Shown: positions 9,948-20,308 of the stretch, in pieces | Layout: the number at the start of each line of letters is the position of its first letter | How positions within the stretch are numbered: position 1 is the stretch's first letter | NCBI GenBank assembly: GCA_965218435.1 | Contig: CBDCKW010000009.1 | Coordinates: forward strand, 32,001 to 96,000 | Direction: 5' to 3' | DNA: 64,000 bases | From: Truepera sp. | GTDB lineage: Bacteria > Deinococcota > Deinococci > Deinococcales > Trueperaceae | The notes under the pieces: generated by a model | Told to the model about the DNA's origin: nothing | The model's input: the letters and a program-made list of their open reading frames with translations, nothing else | Databases searched by the model: none | Position numbers and translations under genes: made by a program

Positions 9948-10871
9948 CTATTTGCGCACGCGCACGCCCTGTTTTTCATCCCACTGAAGAATCTTGTCAC
10001 TCTTCGGGAGCGGCGCTTCGGGTACTTGACCTACCGAAACACCCTCGCGCCAGTCTGCCGGACAAATAGCAATGTAACGGGCATAGCCGCCCAAACCACC
10101 TTTGAATTTGGGAAAACCGATATTGATTAGGCATCCGGTCGCGGGTACTTTATCGAGATTTGCTACACCTTCGGCCTGGGCGTAGCCGTGGTGCATCAGC
10201 CAATCTTCGCCCTCGAGCGTGGGCGTCGCGTCGGTATCCAAGGGTTCGTGACCGTGAAAGAGGATATGGCGCTGCTGATGCAAGAATTTCAAGGCAGGCA
10301 GGGATACACCGGGGAAGACTGTCTGAGTCGCAAGCGCAGGGTCGGGCCACGCTTTGGACCAGTCCGAGCGCACCATCACCACCGATCCTTCAGGAATCCT
10401 GCCGTTTTTGCGCTCCCACTGCTTGATGTCGGCAACTTTTAGGCTGTAACCTGGGTTTTTACTGACTTGAGGGACAATCGAGATAACTACCAGCGGACGC
10501 ACGGCGTAGGTTGCGGGCAACTCATCTATAGCCGGGTACTCCGGTGCCCAGTGCGCGGGTGGGTCGAGCTGAGTACCGTACTGGTCGGTACTAAGTTGGT
10601 ACTGCGTCGCCTCAAAACCGTCTTTGTCGTAGCGGTAAGGCTGTCCCGTCTCCGGGTTGACGGTCGGCCCGAATTCGGCGGGGCCAAATCCCTTCCACAC
10701 GGGAATCGAGGGCGTCAGGGTATGCGTGAGGTCAATATATTTAGCGGTTCTAAGTGCCTGGTTATAGACCGACCAGAGCCCCGGTGCGTTGGTCGGGGGT
10801 GCAGCGACGGCAACTTGAAGTAGTATGACGACGCCTAGAGCAGCAAGCATAGGTAAGGGTGCTTTGGTCAT
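9948..10871 (-). CDS. exported cyclase family (kynurenine formamidase-like) protein
   Basis: signal-peptide-like N-terminus; YIDLTH, GTQLDPPAH, E..ANL. Confidence 0.8.
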   Translation of the reverse strand: MTKAPLPMLAALGVVILLQVAVAAPPTNAPGLWSVYNQALRTAKYIDLTHTLTPSIPVWKGFGPAEFGPTVNPETGQPYRYDKDGFEATQYQLSTDQYGTQLDPPAHWAPEYPAIDELPATYAVRPLVVISIVPQVSKNPGYSLKVADIKQWERKNGRIPEGSVVMVRSDWSKAWPDPALATQTVFPGVSLPALKFLHQQRHILFHGHEPLDTDATPTLEGEDWLMHHGYAQAEGVANLDKVPATGCLINIGFPKFKGGLGGYARYIAICPADWREGVSVGQVPEAPLPKSDKILQWDEKQGVRVRK

Positions 10872-10924
10872 AAGGTCCTTTCAACGCCTCTAAATATCTG
10901 TGTTGTCCTCTTTAGTTCCAGCTT

Positions 10925-12169
10925 TTACGGCATCGGATAGTCTGCCGTCAGCGCCTTGACCTCACCCCGAATCACTGCCGCGTCTTCACCCTTCAGCGTC
11001 CGGTCAATCAGGTCGGCAATCTGTGACATCATTTCTTCGGTAAAGCCCCTCGTCGTCAGTGCGGGTGTCCCGATACGAACGCCCGAAGTCACAAACGGCG
11101 AACGGGTGTCGAACGGTACGGTATTTTTGTTGACGGTAATCCCCGCCGCGTCGAGCAAGTTCTGCGCCTTTTTGCCGCTGATGTCTTGTGCGGTTAAATC
11201 CACCAAAAAGTTATGGTTGTCGGTTCCGCCCGAGACGATGCGGTAACCCTTAGTCGTAAGCGCCCCCGCTAGCGCCTGCGCATTCTTAACAATCTGCTGC
11301 GCGTAGACCTTGAATTCAGGTTGCAACGCCTCGAAAAAAGCGACGGCTTTACCGGCGATGACGTGCTCCAAAGGCCCTCCCTGCGAGCCGGGAAAGATCA
11401 TCTTGTCAATGCGTTTGCCGAGGTCTTCATCGTTTGATAAGATGATGGCGCTGCGCGGCCCCCGTAAACTTTTGTGCGTTGTCGTCATGACCACATGCGC
11501 GTGCGGAAAGGGGCTCGGATGAACGCCGCCCGCGACCAAGCCGGAGATGTGCGAGATGTCGGCGAGCAGGGTTGCGCCTACCGTATCGGCGATGTCACGG
11601 AATTTGGCGAAGTCAATGGTGCGGCTGTAGGCCGTTGCCCCGCAGATGATGAGTTTGGGGCGGTGTTCTTTGGCAAGTTCCAGCGCCCCGTCGTAATCAA
11701 TCCGCTCGGTTTCTTTGTCCACTTTGTACGACACGACGTTGTAAAGGATGCCCGACAGGTTGACCGGGCTGCCGTGCGTCAGGTGCCCGCCGTGCGAGAG
11801 GTCGAGGCCCATAATGGTGTCACCGGGCTCGAGCAAAGTGTGGTAAATGACATGGTTGGCCGTCGAACCCGAATGCGGTTGCACGTTGGCCCAGCTGCAG
11901 CCAAACAGCTCTTTGGCCCGTTCAATGGCGAGCGTTTCAACTTCGTCTACGACTTCACAACCGCCGTAGTAGCGTTTGCCGGGGTAGCCCTCGGCGTATT
12001 TGTTCGTCAGGACGCTGCCGACGGCTTCCATCACCTCGGGTGAGGTAAAGTTTTCCGACGCGATCAGCTCTAAACCGTCGCGTTCACGCTCGAACTCACG
12101 CTCGATAAGCTCAAAAATCTTGTCGTCACGCTTGCTGGTGTTCATTTTGCGAGGGGCCGTGGTTGTCAT
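10925..12169 (-). CDS. glyA: serine hydroxymethyltransferase
   Basis: [32 protein letters not shown]; start placed at ATG 12169 after TGcTATACT. Confidence 0.97.
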   Translation of the reverse strand: MTTTAPRKMNTSKRDDKIFELIEREFERERDGLELIASENFTSPEVMEAVGSVLTNKYAEGYPGKRYYGGCEVVDEVETLAIERAKELFGCSWANVQPHSGSTANHVIYHTLLEPGDTIMGLDLSHGGHLTHGSPVNLSGILYNVVSYKVDKETERIDYDGALELAKEHRPKLIICGATAYSRTIDFAKFRDIADTVGATLLADISHISGLVAGGVHPSPFPHAHVVMTTTHKSLRGPRSAIILSNDEDLGKRIDKMIFPGSQGGPLEHVIAGKAVAFFEALQPEFKVYAQQIVKNAQALAGALTTKGYRIVSGGTDNHNFLVDLTAQDISGKKAQNLLDAAGITVNKNTVPFDTRSPFVTSGVRIGTPALTTRGFTEEMMSQIADLIDRTLKGEDAAVIRGEVKALTADYPMP

Positions 12170-12197
12170 GCGGTGAGTATAGCAAGCTTTGCCGGGT

Positions 12198-12701
12198 TTA
12201 ATCGCCCCAGACAACCCCTGCCAATTTACCGGCTTCATAGTGCGCGACGCCTAGCCCCACAAAACCATGTTGTGGGGCTCGAGCTACATCTTTGACGAGT
12301 TCGGGCAGCACGTGCGCCGTCGTTTCGATGACGTCTAAGGCCGCAAAATCCTCCGGTAAAACCCAGCTGAGTGTTCCTTCGGTACAGTCCGGCAGCGTGT
12401 AGTGCTTCAAGTCCGCCGTAAAGTAAAAGAGCACGGTCAGCGGTTCGCCGGGGCGGTTGTGGGTCAGCATTCGCCGTAAAGTGAGGTGCTTTACGTCGTC
12501 TTCTTCCAAGCCCGTTTCTTCGGTAAGTTCGCGCAAAACTGAGCCGCGCAGGTCACCGAGTTCATCCGGTTCGACGCGTCCGCCCACGCCGGTGTAACGG
12601 TTCGGTTGCAAACGTTTTTTTGCGGAGCGTTTGAGCAAGAGCCATTTGCCGTCAAACAGCAAAAAGAGCGTGGTGTAGTGTATGGCGGCGTTACTCGGCA
12701 C
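12198..12701 (-). CDS. NUDIX hydrolase
   Basis: GGRVEPDE...RELTEETG Nudix box; likely GTG start overlapping the upstream stop. Confidence 0.85.
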   Translation of the reverse strand: MPSNAAIHYTTLFLLFDGKWLLLKRSAKKRLQPNRYTGVGGRVEPDELGDLRGSVLRELTEETGLEEDDVKHLTLRRMLTHNRPGEPLTVLFYFTADLKHYTLPDCTEGTLSWVLPEDFAALDVIETTAHVLPELVKDVARAPQHGFVGLGVAHYEAGKLAGVVWGD

Positions 12702-13215
12702 GGCTCGAGATGTCCTGAACGAACGTGTGTTTGCCGTCCGTATAGGCTTCGCGGTCTTTAGGGAAATGTTTAGCAAGCTGTTCTTTTAATGTCTGGTACT
12801 TAGCCGCTGTTTCGGGATGTGTTCTTAAATAATCTCTGAAAAAGATCATCTCGTGCCACTGCGTATGGGTGCGCTCCAACATATGCAAGTGATGCGTCCG
12901 GTTGTCGTCTGGGCCTTTAACGAAATAGTGTCTGCGAGGAATACCGTGTTCACCACGAAAGGTGTAGCCGAGTGCTTCTAAAGGTTCAACGAACGTAAAC
13001 GCGGCGTCAAAGTCCTCTACGCCGACGCCGATATCTAAAATTGGCTTGGCTTGGAGGCCGGGAACGGCGGTGCTACCGATATGCTCAATAACGGCGTCAT
13101 CGCCTAAAACAGTTTTCAACCGTAAACGTTCCGCTTCAAACAGTTCGGTCCACACCTCGTTGTGGGGCTCGAGCCTGACAGTGTATCGTCCCAGACCAAG
13201 GGGTTCTTTCGCCAC
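12691..13215 (-). CDS. GrpB family protein
   Basis: HIGSTAVPGL.AKPILDI, FRDYLR, Y..LK, YT.GK. Confidence 0.9.
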   Translation of the reverse strand: MAKEPLGLGRYTVRLEPHNEVWTELFEAERLRLKTVLGDDAVIEHIGSTAVPGLQAKPILDIGVGVEDFDAAFTFVEPLEALGYTFRGEHGIPRRHYFVKGPDDNRTHHLHMLERTHTQWHEMIFFRDYLRTHPETAAKYQTLKEQLAKHFPKDREAYTDGKHTFVQDISSRAE

Positions 13216-13230
13216 GGCCTATCGTAACGT

Positions 13231-14205
13231 ATGGATTACGTCAATTTAGGCAACACCGGCCTCAAAGTCTCACGTATCTGCCTCGGCATGATGTCTTACG
13301 GCACCCCCGAATGGCGCGACTGGGTTTTGAATGAGGACGACAGCCGACCCTTTATCCAGCGGGCGTTAGAACTCGGCCTCAACTTCTTCGATACCGCCGA
13401 CGTGTACTCGCAAGGGGTCAGCGAAGAGATTACCGGACGCGCCCTTAAAGACTTCGCTCGCCGTGATGAGATTGTCATAGCCACCAAAGTCTTCGGTGCG
13501 ATGGGGGAGAAACCGAACCAACAGGGCTTATCACGTAAACACATCCTGGACGCGTGTGACGCGTCGCTTAAACGCCTCGGCACCGATTATATTGACCTCT
13601 ACCAGATTCACCGCTTCGACCCCGAGACGCCCATCGAAGAGGCGCTTTCGGCGCTTGACGAGTTGGTGCGTTCGGGCCGCGTGCGTTATCTAGGCGCGAG
13701 CAGCATGTTCGCCTACCAGTTTGCGCAGATGCTCTACACCGCTGACCTCGGCGGCCTGCACCGGTTTGTCAGTATGCAAAACCACTACAACCTCATCTAC
13801 CGTGAGGAAGAGCGTGAGATGTTGCCTTTATGCGAGAGTGAAGGCGTCGGGGTGATTCCGTGGAGTCCGCTGGCTAGAGGCTACCTGACCCGGAGACCGA
13901 GTGAAAAGGGTGCGACGACGCGCGGTAAGTCGGACGGGATGGCGCGGGATTGGTACGACCAAGAGAGCGACGACGCGGTAGCTGAAGCGGTCGTAACGCT
14001 TGCTGAAGAACGGGGCGACGCGCCCGCGCAGGTGGCGCTGGCGTGGCTTCTCCATCAGCCCGTGGTGACTGCGCCGATTATCGGGGCGACCAAGATGAAG
14101 CACTTGGAAGATGCGGTCAAGGCGACTGAACTGTCTTTATCGGAGGATGAAATAGCGGGGCTCGAGCGACCTTACCAACCCCATCCGGTCAAGGGGCACG
14201 GCTGA
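13231..14205 (+). CDS. aldo/keto reductase
   Basis: LGNTGLKVSRICLG, FDTADVY, TDYIDLYQIH, WSPLARG. Confidence 0.95.
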   Translation: MDYVNLGNTGLKVSRICLGMMSYGTPEWRDWVLNEDDSRPFIQRALELGLNFFDTADVYSQGVSEEITGRALKDFARRDEIVIATKVFGAMGEKPNQQGLSRKHILDACDASLKRLGTDYIDLYQIHRFDPETPIEEALSALDELVRSGRVRYLGASSMFAYQFAQMLYTADLGGLHRFVSMQNHYNLIYREEEREMLPLCESEGVGVIPWSPLARGYLTRRPSEKGATTRGKSDGMARDWYDQESDDAVAEAVVTLAEERGDAPAQVALAWLLHQPVVTAPIIGATKMKHLEDAVKATELSLSEDEIAGLERPYQPHPVKGHG

Positions 14206-14232
14206 CGTGTTTCTACGCTGCAATATTCGCTG

Positions 14233-14874
14233 ATGGAACCTCAGCACCTCGCTGAACTCCACCCGACGCTCTACCACATGGCGGACGTGCGCAACTGGGC
14301 CAGTATTCAGCGTTACGGCCTGCTGAGTATCAGTGCGCTTTTAGACCAGTACGACGTTTCCGGCGTGCGGCGAGACGCGCTCGAGTCGGCCCGTCGCCCG
14401 GTTACGGTTCCGCTTGTCTCCGAAGGCAAGACGGTTTATGTCCGTGATCAGCACCCGCTCGACCCGGCTGCGTTAGAGGCGTGTTTAGATGACTTGTCAC
14501 CCGAAGCGTGGTACCGCCTGCTCAACGCCCGCGTCTTTTTTTGGCCCACGCGTGAGCGTTTAGAGCGGATGCTCAAAGCGTATGGACGGAGTGAACAAAC
14601 TGTCTTCGAGGTTGATACACGTGCGTTACTCGGGCGCTACGCCCCCGAAGTTGAGCTTTCACATATCAACTCCGGCTACGCGAGCAAGCGTTATCCCCCG
14701 GCTAGACGAGGCCCAAAAACGTTTGTACCACTGCTTAGTTATACCTACTCAGCACGAAACAAGATCGCTGAGGTGACCGTCCCTTATGCCGTACCCAACA
14801 TTTTCGACGTTACAAAGCGTGTTGTGCTCGAGCAGCCGGGGCAGGAGAACCGTACGCTTTGGCAACGCGCCTAA
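14233..14874 (+). CDS. conserved hypothetical protein, DarT/ART-like (DUF7002-like)
   Basis: LYHMA..NW.SI...GLLS N-terminus, RVFFW, C-terminal AEVTV...VP; family named from motif recall. Confidence 0.6.
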   Translation: MEPQHLAELHPTLYHMADVRNWASIQRYGLLSISALLDQYDVSGVRRDALESARRPVTVPLVSEGKTVYVRDQHPLDPAALEACLDDLSPEAWYRLLNARVFFWPTRERLERMLKAYGRSEQTVFEVDTRALLGRYAPEVELSHINSGYASKRYPPARRGPKTFVPLLSYTYSARNKIAEVTVPYAVPNIFDVTKRVVLEQPGQENRTLWQRA

Positions 14875-14876
14875 AC

Positions 14877-16772
14877 TCAGGCAGCAATATCGTCTATGAG
14901 AGACCCACTGATATACGTTTTAAGTTGCCGCCGAATGGTGCTGTGGTCGGATACGAGCGCGGCTTCTTGCAGGTTTTTCACCGTGCGGTCAAGGGCCTCG
15001 AGCTCTAAGGGTGAAGGCTTGGCAACAAAAATCTTTTCGTGCGCCGTCGCGCCGCCCTTTTCTTCATTGGTCATCAGCTCTTCATAGAGCTTTTCACCGG
15101 GGCGAATCCCCGAGTAGGCAATCTGAATGTCCACGTCGGGTTCAAAACCGGAAAGTTTGATCAGGTCCCTGGCCAAGTCAACGATACGAACCGGCTCGCC
15201 CATATCGAGGATGTAAATCTCACTGTTGCGGCCCTGTCCGGCGGCCTGCATCACCAGCTGCGAGGCTTCGGGAATCGTCATAAAGTAGCGCGTCATCTCG
15301 GGATGGGTCACGGTCACCGGCCCACCTGATAAAATCTGCTGCTTAAAGACCGGAATGACGCTGCCCCGGCTGCCTAAAACATTCCCAAACCGGACCGAGA
15401 CGAACTTTTGTTCCGGCTGGGCTCGGAGCGACGCGCTCTGCACAATCTGCTCGATCACGCGCTTTGACGCGCCCATCACCGAGGTGGGGTTCACAGCTTT
15501 ATCCGTTGAGATATTGACGAAATGCGAAATCCCGTATTTGAGCGATAAGGTGACCAAATTGCGCGATCCGATGATGTTGTTAAAGACCGCTTCTTCGGGG
15601 TTGAGCTCCATCAGCGGGACGTGCTTGTGCGCCGCTGCGTGAAAGACGACCTGCGGCCCGTAACGGCGAAACACGTAGTCGAGCCGGACGATATTTTGCA
15701 CGTTGGCGATCACGCTGTGATACGGAATATCGGGCCAATCACGGTCGAGCTCGCGCTCCAAGGTGTAGATGCTATTTTCGCCGCGGCCAAATAAAATCAG
15801 CTCTTTGGGCCGAAACCGGCAGATTTGCCGGACCAACTCGGAGCCGATTGAACCTCCTGCGCCGGTGACCATGACGACTTTATCGGTGATGTAGTTGGAA
15901 ATCGCGGTGCTGTCGAGTTCAATCGGGGGGCGGCGGAGCAGGTCTTCGATCTGCACTTCGCGGATCCGGTTGATGCCGACCTGACCGCTTAACAGTTCGT
16001 AGACACCGGGCATAATGCGGTACTTAAGGCCCGCTTTGGCCCCTTCGATACGGCCGACGATCTGACGAACGACCCGGCCATCTGACGAGGGTAAAGCAAT
16101 CAGTACCTCGTCAACCTTGTGGTGCTGCACGATCCGGTTGATATTGGCGATCGCACCCAAAACCGGGACGGTAGCGATGCGGTATCCGAGCTTTTTAGGG
16201 TCATCGTCTAAAAAACCGACGGGCCTAAGGCCCATTTCGGGGTGCCGGAGCATCTCGCGGACGATCAGCGTCCCGGCTTCGCCCGCGCCAATCACCAGCA
16301 CTGCTTTGCGCCGCTCCTCGCCCCCGGGTTGACCCAACCGGGCCTCGTGACGAAAACGCGCAGCGGCCCGGACACCCGACATGATAAATAAGGTGAGCAG
16401 GCCGTCTAAGAGGGCAACCGAACGGGGAATCCCGGTCACCGGGCCAAACCAGAGCAGCAGGGCGCTGCCGATTATAGCGACGCTCGAGACCATCCTTAAA
16501 AGGTTGCCCACGTCACGAAACGCCAGCCGCGACCAGCTGCGGCGGTAGAGACTAAAAAGATAAGCCGCGCCCGCTTTAAGGCTAAAGAGCCCAAGGGTGG
16601 CAATGATGACGGCGCTCCACGAAGCGCCGGGAAAGTTCCAATCGTACTTGACCAAAAAGGCGAGAGGCGTCGAGACAAGCCAGCCGAGCGCGTCGATGAC
16701 GACCTTGTTACGAGCAAAATGACTCGGTTCTCCCCACGGGTTTTTTTCGTGTATCTTTTCGTTAGGCGGCAC
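14877..16772 (-). CDS. nucleoside-diphosphate sugar dehydratase/epimerase (CapD/PglF-like)
   Basis: N-terminal TMs; GAGEAG, TGAGGSIGSEL, HAAAHKHVP, ISTDKAV, RFGNVLGS; GTG start after GAGGGAG. Confidence 0.93.
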   Translation of the reverse strand: MPPNEKIHEKNPWGEPSHFARNKVVIDALGWLVSTPLAFLVKYDWNFPGASWSAVIIATLGLFSLKAGAAYLFSLYRRSWSRLAFRDVGNLLRMVSSVAIIGSALLLWFGPVTGIPRSVALLDGLLTLFIMSGVRAAARFRHEARLGQPGGEERRKAVLVIGAGEAGTLIVREMLRHPEMGLRPVGFLDDDPKKLGYRIATVPVLGAIANINRIVQHHKVDEVLIALPSSDGRVVRQIVGRIEGAKAGLKYRIMPGVYELLSGQVGINRIREVQIEDLLRRPPIELDSTAISNYITDKVVMVTGAGGSIGSELVRQICRFRPKELILFGRGENSIYTLERELDRDWPDIPYHSVIANVQNIVRLDYVFRRYGPQVVFHAAAHKHVPLMELNPEEAVFNNIIGSRNLVTLSLKYGISHFVNISTDKAVNPTSVMGASKRVIEQIVQSASLRAQPEQKFVSVRFGNVLGSRGSVIPVFKQQILSGGPVTVTHPEMTRYFMTIPEASQLVMQAAGQGRNSEIYILDMGEPVRIVDLARDLIKLSGFEPDVDIQIAYSGIRPGEKLYEELMTNEEKGGATAHEKIFVAKPSPLELEALDRTVKNLQEAALVSDHSTIRRQLKTYISGSLIDDIAA

Positions 16773-17172
16773 GGTTCTCCCTCGTGGCCGGTTTTGCCCG
16801 GCGTGGGACAGCTCTACTGTAACGCATCGGGCCACGCACCGGGTAGGGGCGCGTCAGCGGGTGCCGAGCGGTTGGGCGAGTTGACGAGACAGCTTGCGCT
16901 AGCTGAGGTAGTACCATAAAACCCTTCGTAAATGTCAGCTACCCGTTAGCGCAGCGTCTTTGCAGTTTAGCGGCGACAGCCCGCCGGACGCTGTGACGCC
17001 TGACGCGCTCCAGCGTCCTAGTTAAACCCCCGACAGCTCAGACTTTTGGGTGTACGCTGACACTTCGCACGTGTGTTTCAGCATGTTTCACATATGTTTA
17101 TAGCGTGTTTGTAGCAGTCACGCCACCTTTGCGGTGTGGTAAAAAGGACGCTGATACGCGTTGGGAGAGGGT

Positions 17173-18231
17173 ATGAACACGCTACTGACGAGCGCCGGTA
17201 GGCGAAGCGAGTTGGTCGAGTACTTTCAAAAAGCGTTGCGTCGGCGCACGGACGGTCCAGGGGACAGCCGTGTGTTTGCTGCCGCTGCGCGTATAGGCGC
17301 ACCGGCACTGCAAGAAGCAGACGACGCAGTGATCGTGCCGCCGGTCGGTGACGTTCACTATATAAACGCGCTGCTCGAGTTCGTCCAAGAGGCGCAGATC
17401 GGCTTGCTCGTCCCCTTGAGCGTTTACGAACTGCCCTATCTGGCCGCCGCTCGAGACCGTTTTGCCGAGGTCGGAACACAGGTCGTGATCTCGTCGCCGG
17501 AAGTTATCCTGCGCTGCGCCGACAAATGGCAGACCTACACTTTTTTACGCGCACAAGGGCTTCGTACTCCTAAAACGTACCTCGCGCCCTCCGAAGCACT
17601 AAAGGCGCTGGCAGCGGGTAAACTCAGTTTTCCGCTGGTCCTTAAACCGCGCTGGGGAGCGGGGTCTGTGGGACTCGAGTTTCCTGACAACGAAGCCGAA
17701 TTAGAGCTGGGCTACGATCTCCTAACGCGCCGCCTCGCCCGCACGACCTTAGCCGGTCCCGTAGTGCTTGACGCGCCGGTAAAAGGCTCACTACCAGCTG
17801 AGCAGACCGTTTTAATCCAAGAGTTTGTTGTCGGTGACGAGTACAGTTTAGAGGTAGTCAACGACCTCTCAGGCCGCTACGTTACGACCTTGGCTGCTCA
17901 AAAACTGTCCCTCTGGGGCGGCGAAACAGCCGGTGCCGTCACTGTCACAGACGAACGCTTAGCTGCGCTGGGCCAAATCCTCGCTCAGGCATTGGGACAT
18001 ACCGGCCCACTGGCGTGTGACGTCTTTTTGGGGGCAGACGGCGCGAGTGTGGTAGAACTTAACGCCTGTCTGGGGAGCAGCTATCCTTTTGTCCACGTCG
18101 CCGGAGCCGACCTGCCGGCTGCGCTACTCGCGTGGGCAGGGGGTGAAACGCCCGACCCGGCGTGGCTCCGCGCCGAGGCCGGAGTGAGCTCGGTGCGCTC
18201 GAGTCGGCTACTGCTCGTCTCTCAGCGTTAA
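17173..18231 (+). CDS. ATP-grasp domain protein (divergent paralogue of 32660-33622)
   Basis: TSAGRR, DKW.TY, KPRWG.GS, IQEF, ELN. Confidence 0.8.
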   Translation: MNTLLTSAGRRSELVEYFQKALRRRTDGPGDSRVFAAAARIGAPALQEADDAVIVPPVGDVHYINALLEFVQEAQIGLLVPLSVYELPYLAAARDRFAEVGTQVVISSPEVILRCADKWQTYTFLRAQGLRTPKTYLAPSEALKALAAGKLSFPLVLKPRWGAGSVGLEFPDNEAELELGYDLLTRRLARTTLAGPVVLDAPVKGSLPAEQTVLIQEFVVGDEYSLEVVNDLSGRYVTTLAAQKLSLWGGETAGAVTVTDERLAALGQILAQALGHTGPLACDVFLGADGASVVELNACLGSSYPFVHVAGADLPAALLAWAGGETPDPAWLRAEAGVSSVRSSRLLLVSQR

Positions 18232-18246
18232 GGCTACAACTTGACC

Positions 18247-19878
18247 CTAGAACCGTTCTTGTTTGGAACGGTCGCTCCGTCCGTTAGGGGCGACGCGGCC
18301 CCCCCGAGCTGCAGGTGCCGCGCCGAGGAGTTGTGGTGGTCCCGCCCGTTCTGCCGCGAGGTCGTCACGGTTATAGCGGTAGCTCGGGCGGGCGCTGCTG
18401 CGGCCCACAAAGGTTGCGGCGATACCGAAGATGCGGACGCCGCTCCGGTTCAGGCGCTCGACGGTCTCCTCGAGCCCTTGCGGGTCGGTACTTTCCAAGC
18501 TCGCCACAAGCACCGTCCCGGTGCAAAGAGGCGCAATCGTCAGAGTGTCGGCGACGTCCAAAAGTGGCGCAGAGTCCACCACGATCACGTCGTAATCTTG
18601 TTTCCAACTCGCCAGACAGTCGGGAAACCCGGCGCTTAAAAGTTCGGTCGGGTCGTGCGCGGCCCGAAACGTCGGGATGATGTCGAGCGTTTGGGTTAAA
18701 TTGACCCCGACGTGCGCTGCTTCATACGCGCCGTGTGGGTTCTCGAGGTGCGTCCGGAGCGGCATATGGCGTTTGTCGTCTAAGTTGTATTCACGGGCGA
18801 TTACCGGTTGGCGCAGGTCGGCGTCAACGAGCAGCGTGCGGTAGTTCGCGCGGGTAAAACTCTCGGCGAGGCTCAGTGCGACGCTCGATTTGCCTTCGCT
18901 GTGACTCGGACTCGTGACCAAAATGACTTTGGGGTGAACGTTTTGGGTACTTAAGAGCAGGTTGGTACGCAAGTAGCCCGACGCTTCGCGGGGCAAACGC
19001 CGCGTCTTTTTGGCAAGTTTGGGAAACTCGGCCAAGATAGGTTGACCGGTCATCGCGGCGAGGTCGTCAACGCTGCGCACTTTGGTATCGAGCAGATTGC
19101 GCAAGAGCAAGATGCCGTAAGCGAGCAAAAAGCCTAAAATACCGGCAATCGTCGCGTCAAACTGCGGTTTGGGTGCGACCGGATTAACCGGTACCGACGC
19201 CCGCTGGATAAACTCGAGCCGACTCCGGGCAGTTCCGGCAGCAGCTTCGGTATTCTCGCGGTTGGTCTGCTGCTTCACCAAGGTGTTTTGCAACTGGCCC
19301 AACTCACCGGGACCGGCCCCGGCCGCTTCACTTTGGCTGATTTTTCTTTGGGTTTCGGCGATGGCGCGGTCGGACTGCGTAACGATGCTGCGCATGAGAG
19401 TTTCGGCGCGTTGCCGGTCCCAATCGATCAGGGCTACGGCCAGGGCGTCGAGTGTGGCCGCAACCTTTTCAGGCTCCGAACCACGAAACGCCAAGGTAAT
19501 TTCGCTGCTGCTGTCCCTAGACCCTGGGTCTGCCGAGACGTGGTAGCGGTTGCGCGTACTGTCGACTCGGGTCGGGGTGACCTCGAGCCCGAGCCGGGTG
19601 AGCGCCGAGCCGATAACCTCTTGACTTTTTGCGGCGGTTTCGTAAGAGGTCGGATTAATTGGCGGTGCCATAACGATCGGGACGTCAACGCCGGGTAAGC
19701 TGCCGTCGCTGAGGGTGGCAAGTAAAACCGCGTCGGTCGTATAGGTCGGCGCTCGTGAGCTGCTGACAAAGTAAGCGACGCCCGCACCGATGGCCGCGAG
19801 TACCACGGCTAAGAGGAGCCCACGGCGTAAAAACCGGAAAACGTCCCCTAAACTCACACTGAGGTCTTGTTGCATCAT
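18247..19878 (-). CDS. Wzc/CpsCD-like chain-length regulator and tyrosine autokinase
   Basis: two TMs flanking a coiled coil; EGKS Walker A, LLVDADLR, VDSAP. Confidence 0.88.
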   Translation of the reverse strand: MMQQDLSVSLGDVFRFLRRGLLLAVVLAAIGAGVAYFVSSSRAPTYTTDAVLLATLSDGSLPGVDVPIVMAPPINPTSYETAAKSQEVIGSALTRLGLEVTPTRVDSTRNRYHVSADPGSRDSSSEITLAFRGSEPEKVAATLDALAVALIDWDRQRAETLMRSIVTQSDRAIAETQRKISQSEAAGAGPGELGQLQNTLVKQQTNRENTEAAAGTARSRLEFIQRASVPVNPVAPKPQFDATIAGILGFLLAYGILLLRNLLDTKVRSVDDLAAMTGQPILAEFPKLAKKTRRLPREASGYLRTNLLLSTQNVHPKVILVTSPSHSEGKSSVALSLAESFTRANYRTLLVDADLRQPVIAREYNLDDKRHMPLRTHLENPHGAYEAAHVGVNLTQTLDIIPTFRAAHDPTELLSAGFPDCLASWKQDYDVIVVDSAPLLDVADTLTIAPLCTGTVLVASLESTDPQGLEETVERLNRSGVRIFGIAATFVGRSSARPSYRYNRDDLAAERAGPPQLLGAAPAARGGRVAPNGRSDRSKQERF

Positions 19879-20308
19879 GTTCCTATCCGTTTCACCGGGT
19901 CATCACCTGGTCAGGGTTGGACTGGGTTGGACTGGGTTGATCTGTGGCCCAGGCGCTGACGCCCGGTCGCTAGTGTCACTCTAGCAGATACGGTTTGCCG
20001 CCCCCCAAGCACGGTTCACACATGGCGAAGTTTATCACCGGGTTTGGTGTTAAGTAGGCGGAATTTAGGCAACACTGCGCTCTACTAGGCTTCCAAACTC
20101 AGCTCGAGAGGTTAGCAGCAGTTCACAGAGAAGAGTCTGACATTTAGAAGTCAGTGCTTACAAAAGCAAATGGCGCTGCTCACGTATTCGGAACGTAACG
20201 ACAAAAAGGTCAACCTAGCGCGAGTAAAAAGCTGACGTTTTGCAGGACAGCTCTGTTCTATCTAAGAGCGTGACAAGCATCGGCAAAGAAACCTCACAGT
20301 CCAGGGTG

